Notes under the pieces: generated by a model
Databases searched by the model: none
The model's input: the letters and a program-made list of their open reading frames with translations, nothing else
Told to the model about the DNA's origin: nothing
Shown: one piece after another, positions 51,381-59,619 of the stretch
How the letters are laid out: each line of letters begins with the position of its first letter
Position numbering within the stretch: position 1 is the stretch's first letter
Position numbers and translations under genes: made by a program
NCBI GenBank assembly: GCA_963796105.1
Contig: CAWCKJ010000003.1
Location: 352,001-416,000, forward strand
Source: a candidate division FCPU426 bacterium
GTDB lineage: Bacteria > Oederibacteriota > Muellerivitia > Muellerivitales > Muellerivitaceae
DNA: 64,000 nucleotides
Direction: 5' to 3'

Positions 51381-52943
51381 TTAGGCTCCGTTCCGCGAGC
51401 GGGAGATTGCGATCTTGCCAAACTGTTTAGATCCATTTGGTCCCTCAATCAGATACAGGTAAAAACCCGAGGAAACTGGATTACTGTCGCCATTCGTCCC
51501 ATCCCAGATAAAAGTTCCTAGGTTTAAATTGGAAGAAATCAAGAATACACTGGGATCAGTTGAGTTCAATACTTTCACTAATTCGAGCTTGATGGTGTAA
51601 ATTTTCAAGGTTGATCCGACCGGCACGCAGGCGAATTTGATACAACCATGCGAACCGCATGAACCAAGAGTGCCAGAGGGCAAGTGGTTATTCGGTGGAC
51701 TTGCCTGGAAATCCATTGGATTGGGATAGATGTAGATGGGACAAGGAGTCTGGGTCGGCGGAGGCGTCATGGTAAATGTACCCGTGGGGGTGATGGTAAA
51801 AGTGTTGGTCGGAGTATCGGTGATGGTCGGTGTATAGGTGAAGGTGTATGTGTATGTGTTTGTAAAAGTGTTAGTGTATGTATAAGTGGGGGTGTAAGTA
51901 TATGTGTATGTGAATGTGTTGGTAAAGGTCGGGGTGCTAGTCCAAGTATAAGTATAGGTATAGGTGTTGGTAACAGTCGGAGTGCCGGTGAAGGTACTTG
52001 TGAACGGCGGAGTCCAGGTGCCCGTCGGGGTTTGCGTAAGCGTGGGAGTTTGAGTTGGGCTCAAGGTGGCCGTTGGAGAGTCTGTTTGGGTCGGAGTCTG
52101 GGTGAACGTATTGGTTGGAGGCGGGGTCGGGGTGTTCGTTGGAGATAACGTGGGTGTGAATGTATCTGTATTTGTCGGCGTAGGGGTAATGGTGGGAGTA
52201 TTCGTTTTAGTGGGTGTTTCAGTGACGGTATAGGTAAAAGTCGGGGTGGGGGGCACGATGCAGGGCAATGTGCCGGACCACCTCAGGTTGTCCATATAAA
52301 CCAAGTTGGAATCCATTTCATCAGCAAATCCTGAAGGAATGATGACCTGGACCAAACTAACCGGATGTGTCAAACCTGACACATCAACAAAAATCGTCGA
52401 CCAAGTATTGGCAATTGTGGAACCAGCTAAAATACCGGAAACGGCGCAATTATAAACAAGGTCATTATCCGTAACGGCGGTAACCGCACCGCTTGTATCA
52501 ATTACTGTAATATCCATTTTTCTTCCTATATTGGCAGTATATACATCCAATTCGATAAAACTTTGGGTCGATTGAACTGTTGCGGCAGTTCCCGGATGAG
52601 GATCGGTATAAGTCAATGTAACACCACAATCTTCACAATCCTGGCTTGCATTGGTATACCCCGTTGTTAAGGGTGAGGTTTCGCCCAGATTCAAATTATC
52701 CGGATTTGTGGTGTTATTAGTGAGTACCCCCAATGAGAAAACCGTTCCGGTTCCCGAGGGGTCGGAATTAGTAACCATCCAACTTGTTATAGCATTGTCG
52801 AAATGCTGGTTCGGGTCGTTTGATAGCGGATAACAGGTTATCCCAAAAGCAGAAGAATATCCGGAAAGGAAAGTCAAAATAAAAAGAATTGAATAACCCA
52901 ACCCCAGGGATTTAACAGAAAACAAATCTCGTTTTAAAAACAT
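51381..52943 (-). CDS. Secreted protein with long Thr-rich region and T9SS/FlgD-Ig-like C-terminal domain
   Basis: Signal peptide; ~170-aa TxTxT tract; IYPNP...LKIYT...WDGTN..SNPVSSGFYLYLI...GKIAI. Confidence 0.8.
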   Translation of the reverse strand: MFLKRDLFSVKSLGLGYSILFILTFLSGYSSAFGITCYPLSNDPNQHFDNAITSWMVTNSDPSGTGTVFSLGVLTNNTTNPDNLNLGETSPLTTGYTNASQDCEDCGVTLTYTDPHPGTAATVQSTQSFIELDVYTANIGRKMDITVIDTSGAVTAVTDNDLVYNCAVSGILAGSTIANTWSTIFVDVSGLTHPVSLVQVIIPSGFADEMDSNLVYMDNLRWSGTLPCIVPPTPTFTYTVTETPTKTNTPTITPTPTNTDTFTPTLSPTNTPTPPPTNTFTQTPTQTDSPTATLSPTQTPTLTQTPTGTWTPPFTSTFTGTPTVTNTYTYTYTWTSTPTFTNTFTYTYTYTPTYTYTNTFTNTYTYTFTYTPTITDTPTNTFTITPTGTFTMTPPPTQTPCPIYIYPNPMDFQASPPNNHLPSGTLGSCGSHGCIKFACVPVGSTLKIYTIKLELVKVLNSTDPSVFLISSNLNLGTFIWDGTNGDSNPVSSGFYLYLIEGPNGSKQFGKIAISRSRNGA

Positions 52944-52952
52944 TCACTTCTC

Positions 52953-55900
52953 CTAAAGCACTATATCCAGCAAATTGAATGCCCCCACCGCGACCAAATC
53001 CGACCTTTCGGGTGTCGGTAACCGGTTCAAAGCCGGAATATTGGGTGTTGAAACCGTAAGATTCCCCAGAACCTGTTGGTTTTCCGGCGCCAATCGATTC
53101 GGAACACCATTGGAAGGAGTTCCTAAAACCGCCTGGCTCTCCGAAGTAGCCCTATTATCCCTATTTGGAAGGGTTCGCGCAACTGATTCAAAGGCTGAAA
53201 TTTGTGGGGTTGAAAATATGGGATTCAGCAACGGTGGAGGTTGCTGACTTGTGACGGTTTGGACTGGAGGGGCAGATGTGGCAAAAAAACCCTGACTTGA
53301 GGGTGAAAAGGTGTTCAAAGAGGCGATTTGAAGGGCACTTAGGGTTTCCTGCAACCTTTGACTCAAAGCTTTTCTACCGACTTCCCTGATCCGATCCTGA
53401 ATAAGTTGGTCCTGGGTTTCCTGGCTTAAAGCATCCGGTCCGGGACCCACGTTCGGGATAATCACGAATGGTTTGGCTCCTGTCAATTGGTCCTGCGTAT
53501 TCTCAGTGGTCGAACCCTGAAGAGGGGCGGAAATATTGATATTAAGGTTTGTCGTCAAGGGAACAGCCGGCAATGGGGAGGGCGCCACTAACCTGGAATG
53601 AACCGGAACTTTGTTCTCAGCGATGACCACTTCACTATTAGTCACATTGGAAAAGGTGGGTCCCTGGTTTGGTTGAAAGGGATTTAACAGCCCTGGATAC
53701 GCTGCTTGTCCGGGATTGGGAATATTGGGCATCTGAGCGGGCTCCAAATTGACATTGTTTTGAGGCGCAACGGGAGTCTGGATACCTTTTGCTCCCACTT
53801 GAGGACTCCTTCGCCTGGAATCAAGACCTATCGTTACGGGTGGATTTTGATTTGAAAATTGGTTATTTAGGGTCGGTGTTTTTCCTGGGCCAATTTCCTT
53901 ATTCCCCATGGTTTCGGGATTGGGATTAGAAATGGGCTGAACAGCCTCAGGAGTTAAAGTTCGAGGATTTAGAGACTCTGTTTCCGGAAGGTTGACGGCT
54001 ATTAAATTTTGATTCGAAGGCCCGCCAGCCATTACCCGAAAATTCGGCTCCCGTGTCCCTGTCAGCGCGAATTGCTTAGGTTGGTTCTGTGTACCAGCCT
54101 GAGTAGTAGGTCTCACCGCAACCGGCTGGTTTTGAGTCCTTTCAGGATTGGTTTGGGGCATTTGAACCTTGGTTTCCTTCTGTTCCTCATTGGCGGTTGT
54201 TCTCAAATTTTGATTGGCAATGGGTTGAACCGCTTCCGGAGGAGCCGGTCTTGAAGGCTGATTCGAGTTTACAGGCGCTTGATTAATGATCGGATTAGTT
54301 TGAACCGGCCCGCCCGCCACAACCCTGAAATTAGGCTCCCGAGTCGCAGTCCGAGCTGATTGCGTAGGTTGGTTCTGTGTACTTGTTTGGGAAGTAGGTC
54401 TCACCGCAACGGCCTGGTTTTGAGCCCTTCCAGGATTGGTTTGGGGCATTTGAACCTTGATTTTCGGTTGCTCCTCGTTGGGGGTCGTTCTCAAGTTTTG
54501 ATTGGCAATGGGTTGGACCCCTTCCGGAGGAGCCGGTCTTGAAGGCTGATTCGAGTTTACAGACGCTTGATTAACGGCCGGATTAGTTTGAACCGGCCCA
54601 CCCGCCACAACCCTGAAATTAGGCTCCTGAGTCTCAGTCCGAGCTGATTGCGCTGGTTGGTTCTGTATACCAGCCTGGGTATTAGGTCTCACCGCAACCG
54701 GCTGGTTTTTAACCCTTCCAGGATTGGCTTGGGGCGTTTGAACCCTGGTTTCCGGTTGCTCCCAGTTGGAGGTTGTTCTCAGGTTTTGATTGGCAATGGG
54801 TTGAACCGCTTCTGGAGGCGCCGGTCTCGAAGGCGGATTCTCGTTTACCGGCGTTTGATAAACGGCCGGATTAGTTTGAACCGGCCCGCCCGCCACAACC
54901 CTGAAATTAGGCTCCCGAGTCGCAGTCCGCGCGGATTGCGCTGGTTGGTTCTGTGGACCTGTTTGGGTATTAGGTCTCACCGCAACCGGTTGATTTTGAA
55001 CCCCTCCAGAATTTGCATGGGGCGTTTGAACCCTAGTTTCCGGCCGCTCCTTGTTAGTAGTTGTTCTCAAGTTTTGATTGGCAATGGGTTGAACCGCTTC
55101 CGGAGGCGCCGGTCTTGAAAGCGGATTCTCGTTTACCGGAGCTTGATTAACGGCCGGATTAGATTGAACCGGCCCACCCGCCACAACCCTGAAATTAGGC
55201 TCCCGAGTCACAGTCCACGCGGGTTGCGTTGGCTGCTTCTGAGTTCCAGCCTGGATATCAGGCACCACCGCAACCGGCTGGTTTTGAATCCTTCCAGGAT
55301 TGGTTTGGGGCGTTTGAGCCCTGGTTTCCGGACGCTCATTGTTGACGGTTGTTCTCGAGTTTTGATCGACAATCGGTTGGATTGTTTCAGGATTCCCTGG
55401 TTTTAGAGCCGCCCCGGAGGACTCAATCCTAGAATTGGAATTGGTCGCGGCAGGGATTACGGTTCCCCGAGCAACGGCTTGCGCGCTTTCAAATTGAAGG
55501 TTATTACTTCCGGTACCAGGTTGGATGAGATTTATTTCAACCCCGCCTTTTCCCGCCATATTGGGAAAGGCCTGGCCCCGATTAACGGGACCCTCCAAGC
55601 GTGAATGACCTGTTGTTTCCGCTGATACGGTTTTGGCATTAGCCCCGGGAATTTTGGAATTTTCACCCACAACTCTTGAATTTCGAGCGTCATTGAAACG
55701 GTTATTGGGAAGATTTGTTTCAGCTGGATTCCCGCTGGGATGAATAATATTTTGATTACCGGCCGTCTGACCAGTCACCCCGCCCTCCATTACAGGGAAA
55801 TCCTGTTTTGAAAATCGATCCGCCGGCGGAGGAAGAAGAAGATTTTTTAATTGATTCAATCCGCTTTGAAGGGTTTGAACCCCCTGGATGGCGTCTTGGA

Positions 55901-56108
55901 TGACCATCGGGAGGGGTCCGAATTTCTGGGTTAAAAAATTAACGGCTTTTACTGAAAGTTTTTCATCCCGTGACGCCTCCGGCTTGGGGTCCTGATTGAT
56001 TTTCCTCAAGGCGGGGTCTGTCCCCAGAACAAGGGGTTGAACCGTTAGATCGTCCTTTCTCCTGACGGAACCGATGGAGTTATTTCCAATGAATGAGTAT
56101 CCAGCCAT
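52953..56108 (-). CDS. Large low-complexity Pro/Gln/Asn protein with 96-aa tandem repeats
   Basis: 1051-aa ORF; AAGGA RBS; five copies of EPNFRV(V/M)AGGP spaced 96 aa apart. Confidence 0.75.
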   Translation of the reverse strand: MAGYSFIGNNSIGSVRRKDDLTVQPLVLGTDPALRKINQDPKPEASRDEKLSVKAVNFLTQKFGPLPMVIQDAIQGVQTLQSGLNQLKNLLLPPPADRFSKQDFPVMEGGVTGQTAGNQNIIHPSGNPAETNLPNNRFNDARNSRVVGENSKIPGANAKTVSAETTGHSRLEGPVNRGQAFPNMAGKGGVEINLIQPGTGSNNLQFESAQAVARGTVIPAATNSNSRIESSGAALKPGNPETIQPIVDQNSRTTVNNERPETRAQTPQTNPGRIQNQPVAVVPDIQAGTQKQPTQPAWTVTREPNFRVVAGGPVQSNPAVNQAPVNENPLSRPAPPEAVQPIANQNLRTTTNKERPETRVQTPHANSGGVQNQPVAVRPNTQTGPQNQPAQSARTATREPNFRVVAGGPVQTNPAVYQTPVNENPPSRPAPPEAVQPIANQNLRTTSNWEQPETRVQTPQANPGRVKNQPVAVRPNTQAGIQNQPAQSARTETQEPNFRVVAGGPVQTNPAVNQASVNSNQPSRPAPPEGVQPIANQNLRTTPNEEQPKIKVQMPQTNPGRAQNQAVAVRPTSQTSTQNQPTQSARTATREPNFRVVAGGPVQTNPIINQAPVNSNQPSRPAPPEAVQPIANQNLRTTANEEQKETKVQMPQTNPERTQNQPVAVRPTTQAGTQNQPKQFALTGTREPNFRVMAGGPSNQNLIAVNLPETESLNPRTLTPEAVQPISNPNPETMGNKEIGPGKTPTLNNQFSNQNPPVTIGLDSRRRSPQVGAKGIQTPVAPQNNVNLEPAQMPNIPNPGQAAYPGLLNPFQPNQGPTFSNVTNSEVVIAENKVPVHSRLVAPSPLPAVPLTTNLNINISAPLQGSTTENTQDQLTGAKPFVIIPNVGPGPDALSQETQDQLIQDRIREVGRKALSQRLQETLSALQIASLNTFSPSSQGFFATSAPPVQTVTSQQPPPLLNPIFSTPQISAFESVARTLPNRDNRATSESQAVLGTPSNGVPNRLAPENQQVLGNLTVSTPNIPALNRLPTPERSDLVAVGAFNLLDIVL
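53930..55390 (-). repeat. About 5 copies of a 288-bp coding tandem repeat
   Basis: CCGCCACAACCCTGAAATTAGGCTCC recurs near 54314, 54602, 54890 and 55178 (288-bp spacing), with a degenerate copy near 54025. Confidence 0.9.
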
Positions 56109-56140
56109 TTTTCCATCCTTCTAGTCAAACCAGACCTTGC

Positions 56141-56341
56141 TTAATGGTTTTCCACCACTTTGGGATAACAGCGGGACTTATACTCGACGATATGTCCTAC
56201 TACTTGGGAGATGGTTTCCTTGACGGTCATTTTCTTGCCGTTTTGGAGTGTAAGTATCGTCTCAGGTGAGCTCTCCAGAAAAAGAATTAAATCGGCGTTG
56301 ACATAAACTTCCCGTCCGTCTAATCGGGTTACTGGTATCAT
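56141..56341 (-). CDS. flbD: Flagellar FlbD/SwrD family protein
   Basis: MIPVTRLDGREVYVNADLILFLESSPETILTLQNGKKMTVKE. Confidence 0.92.
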   Translation of the reverse strand: MIPVTRLDGREVYVNADLILFLESSPETILTLQNGKKMTVKETISQVVGHIVEYKSRCYPKVVENH

Positions 56342-56474
56342 TGCCTCACCTTCAATGCCTTCAACTTCTATTTTATCACAAGATACCCAGGCCATGGCCC
56401 AATTACAAGACCAGTTGACTCATGCCGACATCGATGGAGCAACTTGATAAACCCAAATTTTTCCAAGTGAGTCT

Positions 56475-56552
56475 AAAAAAAACGGCGCCCCCCGTGAAGG
56501 AAAGCGCCGCCTATTCCAACAAAACCGTGCTTCCGGTTGCCCGGAAGCACGG
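56475..56552 (-). terminator. Tandem terminator hairpins downstream of flgE
   Basis: Perfect 12-bp stem CCGTGCTTCCGG/CCGGAAGCACGG (56525-56552) with T4, then CGGCGC/GCGCCG stem (56483-56509) with T8 on the minus strand. Confidence 0.7.
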
Positions 56553-56575
56553 CCTCAATCTTTAAAACTCAGTTA

Positions 56576-58534
56576 TCAACCACCCTGGCCCAATTGGGTC
56601 AGGACCTGCAGGTTGGCGTTCTCAACCGCGATCACGCGGGAATTCACGTCAAATCCCCTTTGCGCGATGATCATATTGGATAACTCCGTCGTCAAATCGA
56701 CGTTCGAAGCCTCCAAAGCGCCTCCCTCAATGGTCCCAAGGCCGAGCTTTCCGGCCGTTCCCACTGTTTCCGCACCCGCGTTAGTCGAAGCTTGATAGTA
56801 ATTGTTCCCAACGTTATCTAAACCGCCCTCATTCTCAACGTTCGCCATGGCAATCTGCCCCAAAGCCGTGGTCTGACCGTTGGAGAACGTCCCTTGAATC
56901 GTCCCAGTGGCGTCAAAAGCGAGGCTTTGCAGGGTGCCGTCAGCGTAACCGTTCTGTGTTTCCGTGGCGTGGCTGTCCGGAACATAAGTGTTGACCCCGT
57001 TCACGATCTGGTAGGAACCTTCCGCGTCCCCGGTCAAGCCGTCCCGCTTGCCGTAGATATAGGAAGTGCCATTGACGCTGCTTTCCGAACCGGCGGTGCC
57101 AAAATTCATGTTGACTGCCATGATCTCGGCCCCGAAAGTAGGAATAGGTGATACAGGATTTGCGCCCTCGTTAATGGGTGCCAAGTATATGGTGGCTTGG
57201 CTTTGCACATCTTGATTCGTAGCGGCAATGTTACGAACTCCACCCATCGAAGCCAAGGAGCCATCGGTATTGAAATAGATGAAATCTCCCCAATACTGGT
57301 CGCCGGCTGTACCCTTATCATAACCAGCCAAAGCGGCTAGAGGGGCTGGCACAGGTTGTGGTTGTCCCGGGGGTGTTCCAATTCCGCCAATCTCACCTTG
57401 GGTAATTCCAGTGCCGCCAACCAAAGTCGCGTCGCTGACTTTGCCTCCGTTGGTGGTGTCAAAAGCGTACCAAGCATAACAAGTCTGGTTTGGCCCTGCC
57501 AGATTGTTAATAGGCGGATTGGCCGTACCCAGATCCATGACCTGGTAGAACTGGGTGGTGATCTGCCGAGCGGTCCCAGTCGAATCATAAACAGTCGTGG
57601 TAGTTGTCAAAGCCGGAGGAATCGGCGGGTTTTGATCCCAAGCGTAATTCCCGCCGTCGGCTACCACGTCAGCCAAGTCTTGTCCTTGCGTCATGACAGG
57701 CGTCGTCGGCTGGAAAGTAGCGGTCGCCAAGGGATTGTTCGGGTCAGGCGGCTGGCTCAGATTCCCCAACTCTATCATGGCAAACGTTCCATTCGCATTT
57801 CCCGGGGGATAGGGTACCAGTGCCGCTTTCGCGGCATTCATCTGGGCGGTTTGGAACATGAATGGGAGAACCGGTGCCAAATTGCTCCCCACATTCAAAG
57901 GATCGGCTTGTTGGAAGGAATCCAGATTTCCGACAAAGTTAAGCTGGGTCGTAGCCTTGGCTGGTTCCACGAAATTCGGGCTGATCTGGATTTTCCCGAT
58001 GTTAGCCGGGTTGGAATTATCCAGTACCAGGCTCGCGGTCGTGATCACTGAGGGCTGTTGGCCAAGAGGTCCCCGAGTGTCCAGGATTTGGGTCGAATAC
58101 TCGGTCTGGGCGCTCCATCCCTGGATCAACCCACCGTTCTGGTCGACCAAGTTTCCGACGCTGTCAAAGGTCAAGTTGCCGGCCCTGGTCAAATAGGTTT
58201 GACCGGCCTTGTTTGACATCAGGAAGCCGTTGCCGTTGATGGCGATGTCCGTCGAAAGCCCGGTTTGTTGGATGGCCCCTTCCGTCCATAAAGTGGTAAT
58301 GGAAGCGACTCTTGTTCCCAATCCCACCTGCTGTGGATCGACCCCGCCGAGATTACTGCCGGTGTTGTCCCCCTGGCCGGAATAAAGCGTTTGACTCAAC
58401 GCATCCTCAAACTCCACTCGGCTGGCCTTGTAAGCCACCGTGTTGGTGTTGGAGATGTTATTTCCGATCACATCGAGCCAAGTGCTATTGGCTTCCAGGC
58501 CGGAAATGGCGCTAAACATGTCTCGAAGACCCAT
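56576..58534 (-). CDS. flgE: Flagellar hook protein FlgE
   Basis: SAISGL...LDVIGNNISNTNTVAYK, TDIAINGNGF, TRAGN, LEASNVDLTTELSNMIIAQRGF; AAGGAGG RBS before ATG 58534. Confidence 0.96.
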   Translation of the reverse strand: MGLRDMFSAISGLEANSTWLDVIGNNISNTNTVAYKASRVEFEDALSQTLYSGQGDNTGSNLGGVDPQQVGLGTRVASITTLWTEGAIQQTGLSTDIAINGNGFLMSNKAGQTYLTRAGNLTFDSVGNLVDQNGGLIQGWSAQTEYSTQILDTRGPLGQQPSVITTASLVLDNSNPANIGKIQISPNFVEPAKATTQLNFVGNLDSFQQADPLNVGSNLAPVLPFMFQTAQMNAAKAALVPYPPGNANGTFAMIELGNLSQPPDPNNPLATATFQPTTPVMTQGQDLADVVADGGNYAWDQNPPIPPALTTTTTVYDSTGTARQITTQFYQVMDLGTANPPINNLAGPNQTCYAWYAFDTTNGGKVSDATLVGGTGITQGEIGGIGTPPGQPQPVPAPLAALAGYDKGTAGDQYWGDFIYFNTDGSLASMGGVRNIAATNQDVQSQATIYLAPINEGANPVSPIPTFGAEIMAVNMNFGTAGSESSVNGTSYIYGKRDGLTGDAEGSYQIVNGVNTYVPDSHATETQNGYADGTLQSLAFDATGTIQGTFSNGQTTALGQIAMANVENEGGLDNVGNNYYQASTNAGAETVGTAGKLGLGTIEGGALEASNVDLTTELSNMIIAQRGFDVNSRVIAVENANLQVLTQLGQGG

Positions 58535-58621
58535 TGTCTTCCTCCTTGAAATTAGGCGGGCATTAAACCCGCCGGGTTTTCGGGCTTCCTCCAAGAGGTC
58601 CAGCCCGTTCGCTGCTTAAGA

Positions 58622-59032
58622 CTAAACAATCACCGCGCTATCGATATTCGTGAAGACATTTTCTTTCATACTGCCCCCATCCAGCGCGGTTATGACCGTC
58701 CGATTCGTTACGCTGACAATGAAGGCCTGACTATCCATCACCAGAAGGGACTGTTTCGCGCCCTTGGCCGCGGCCTTATTCACCCCGGTCGTGATGCGAT
58801 CCATATCATCCTCTGAAAGCTGGATGTTTCTCAGGCTCAACCGCTCCTTCGCGTGAGCGGAAAACTTCAAAGACTCTCCCTTTCCCACCGCCGTCTGGAA
58901 AACCGTCTGAAAAGGCTGTACGCCCTCCGCCGCCCGGCTCGCCTGCTGCTGGATCACCTTCAACTGAGCCTGGCTTTGGACCTTGTCCACGGGATTGAGA
59001 TGGGAATCGTTAAAGTTCACTTGTTGAACCAC
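58622..59032 (-). CDS. Flagellar operon protein (TIGR02530 family)
   Basis: LKFSAHAKERLSLRNI...KAAAKGAKQSL...VSVTNRTVITA...NVFTNIDSAVIV. Confidence 0.92.
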   Translation of the reverse strand: MVQQVNFNDSHLNPVDKVQSQAQLKVIQQQASRAAEGVQPFQTVFQTAVGKGESLKFSAHAKERLSLRNIQLSEDDMDRITTGVNKAAAKGAKQSLLVMDSQAFIVSVTNRTVITALDGGSMKENVFTNIDSAVIV

Positions 59033-59099
59033 TTTGTCTTCACCTGCCCTTCACCGGCCCGGACCTAACCAAGCCAAAATTAAAAACTCACACTACACC

Positions 59100-59531
59100 T
59101 CAACCACCAGATGCTGAAACAACATTCCCCACATTTTGTACAGATGACAAAGGATAATTCACCCCGTTCACCTGAACAGCAGGACCGTTCGCGTAATAAA
59201 CAATTCCGCTGACTTGCCCAGTCGTAAACCCGCTCGGCTGACTCGGATCCGCCACTGTGACAGTTTGCCCAATCATTGAAACGGCTGAGTTTTCCAAAAC
59301 CGTTTCCATGCTTGTATTCATGTTGGACATTTGTTCCAGGGACGAAAACTGAGCCAATTGAGCGACAAACTGGCTGCTATCCTGCGGATTCATCGGGTCC
59401 TGGTTCTTCAGCTGTGTGATCAGGAGCGTTAAAAAAGTGCTCTGGGACACAAACTGATTATTCGCGGTAACTGCGCCGGCCAAAGCGTTACTGTTGCTAG
59501 AACTTGAACCACTTACCCCGCTGATTGCCAT
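59100..59531 (-). CDS. flgD: Flagellar hook capping protein FlgD (short form)
   Basis: FLTLLITQLKNQDPMNP...FVAQLAQFSSLEQM..N, AVSMIGQTV. Confidence 0.95.
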   Translation of the reverse strand: MAISGVSGSSSSNSNALAGAVTANNQFVSQSTFLTLLITQLKNQDPMNPQDSSQFVAQLAQFSSLEQMSNMNTSMETVLENSAVSMIGQTVTVADPSQPSGFTTGQVSGIVYYANGPAVQVNGVNYPLSSVQNVGNVVSASGG

Positions 59532-59569
59532 TAAAATCACCCCGCTTTCGATTCCAACTCTTACGTAAA

Positions 59570-59596
59570 CTAACGGCTTAAATCGTTAAAACTTAA
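59570..59596 (-). promoter_or_regulatory. Putative sigma28 (FliA/SigD) promoter upstream of flgD
   Basis: TTAAGTTT-N11-GCCGTTAG versus consensus TAAAGTTT-N11-GCCGATAA. Confidence 0.6.
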
Positions 59597-59619
59597 CCTT
59601 TTTTCGCTAAAAAAACCAC

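Noticed and set aside
53930..55390. 288-bp repeats as a non-coding or CRISPR-like array
   Set aside because: Units are contiguous, a multiple of three, lie in one open frame and have no unique spacers
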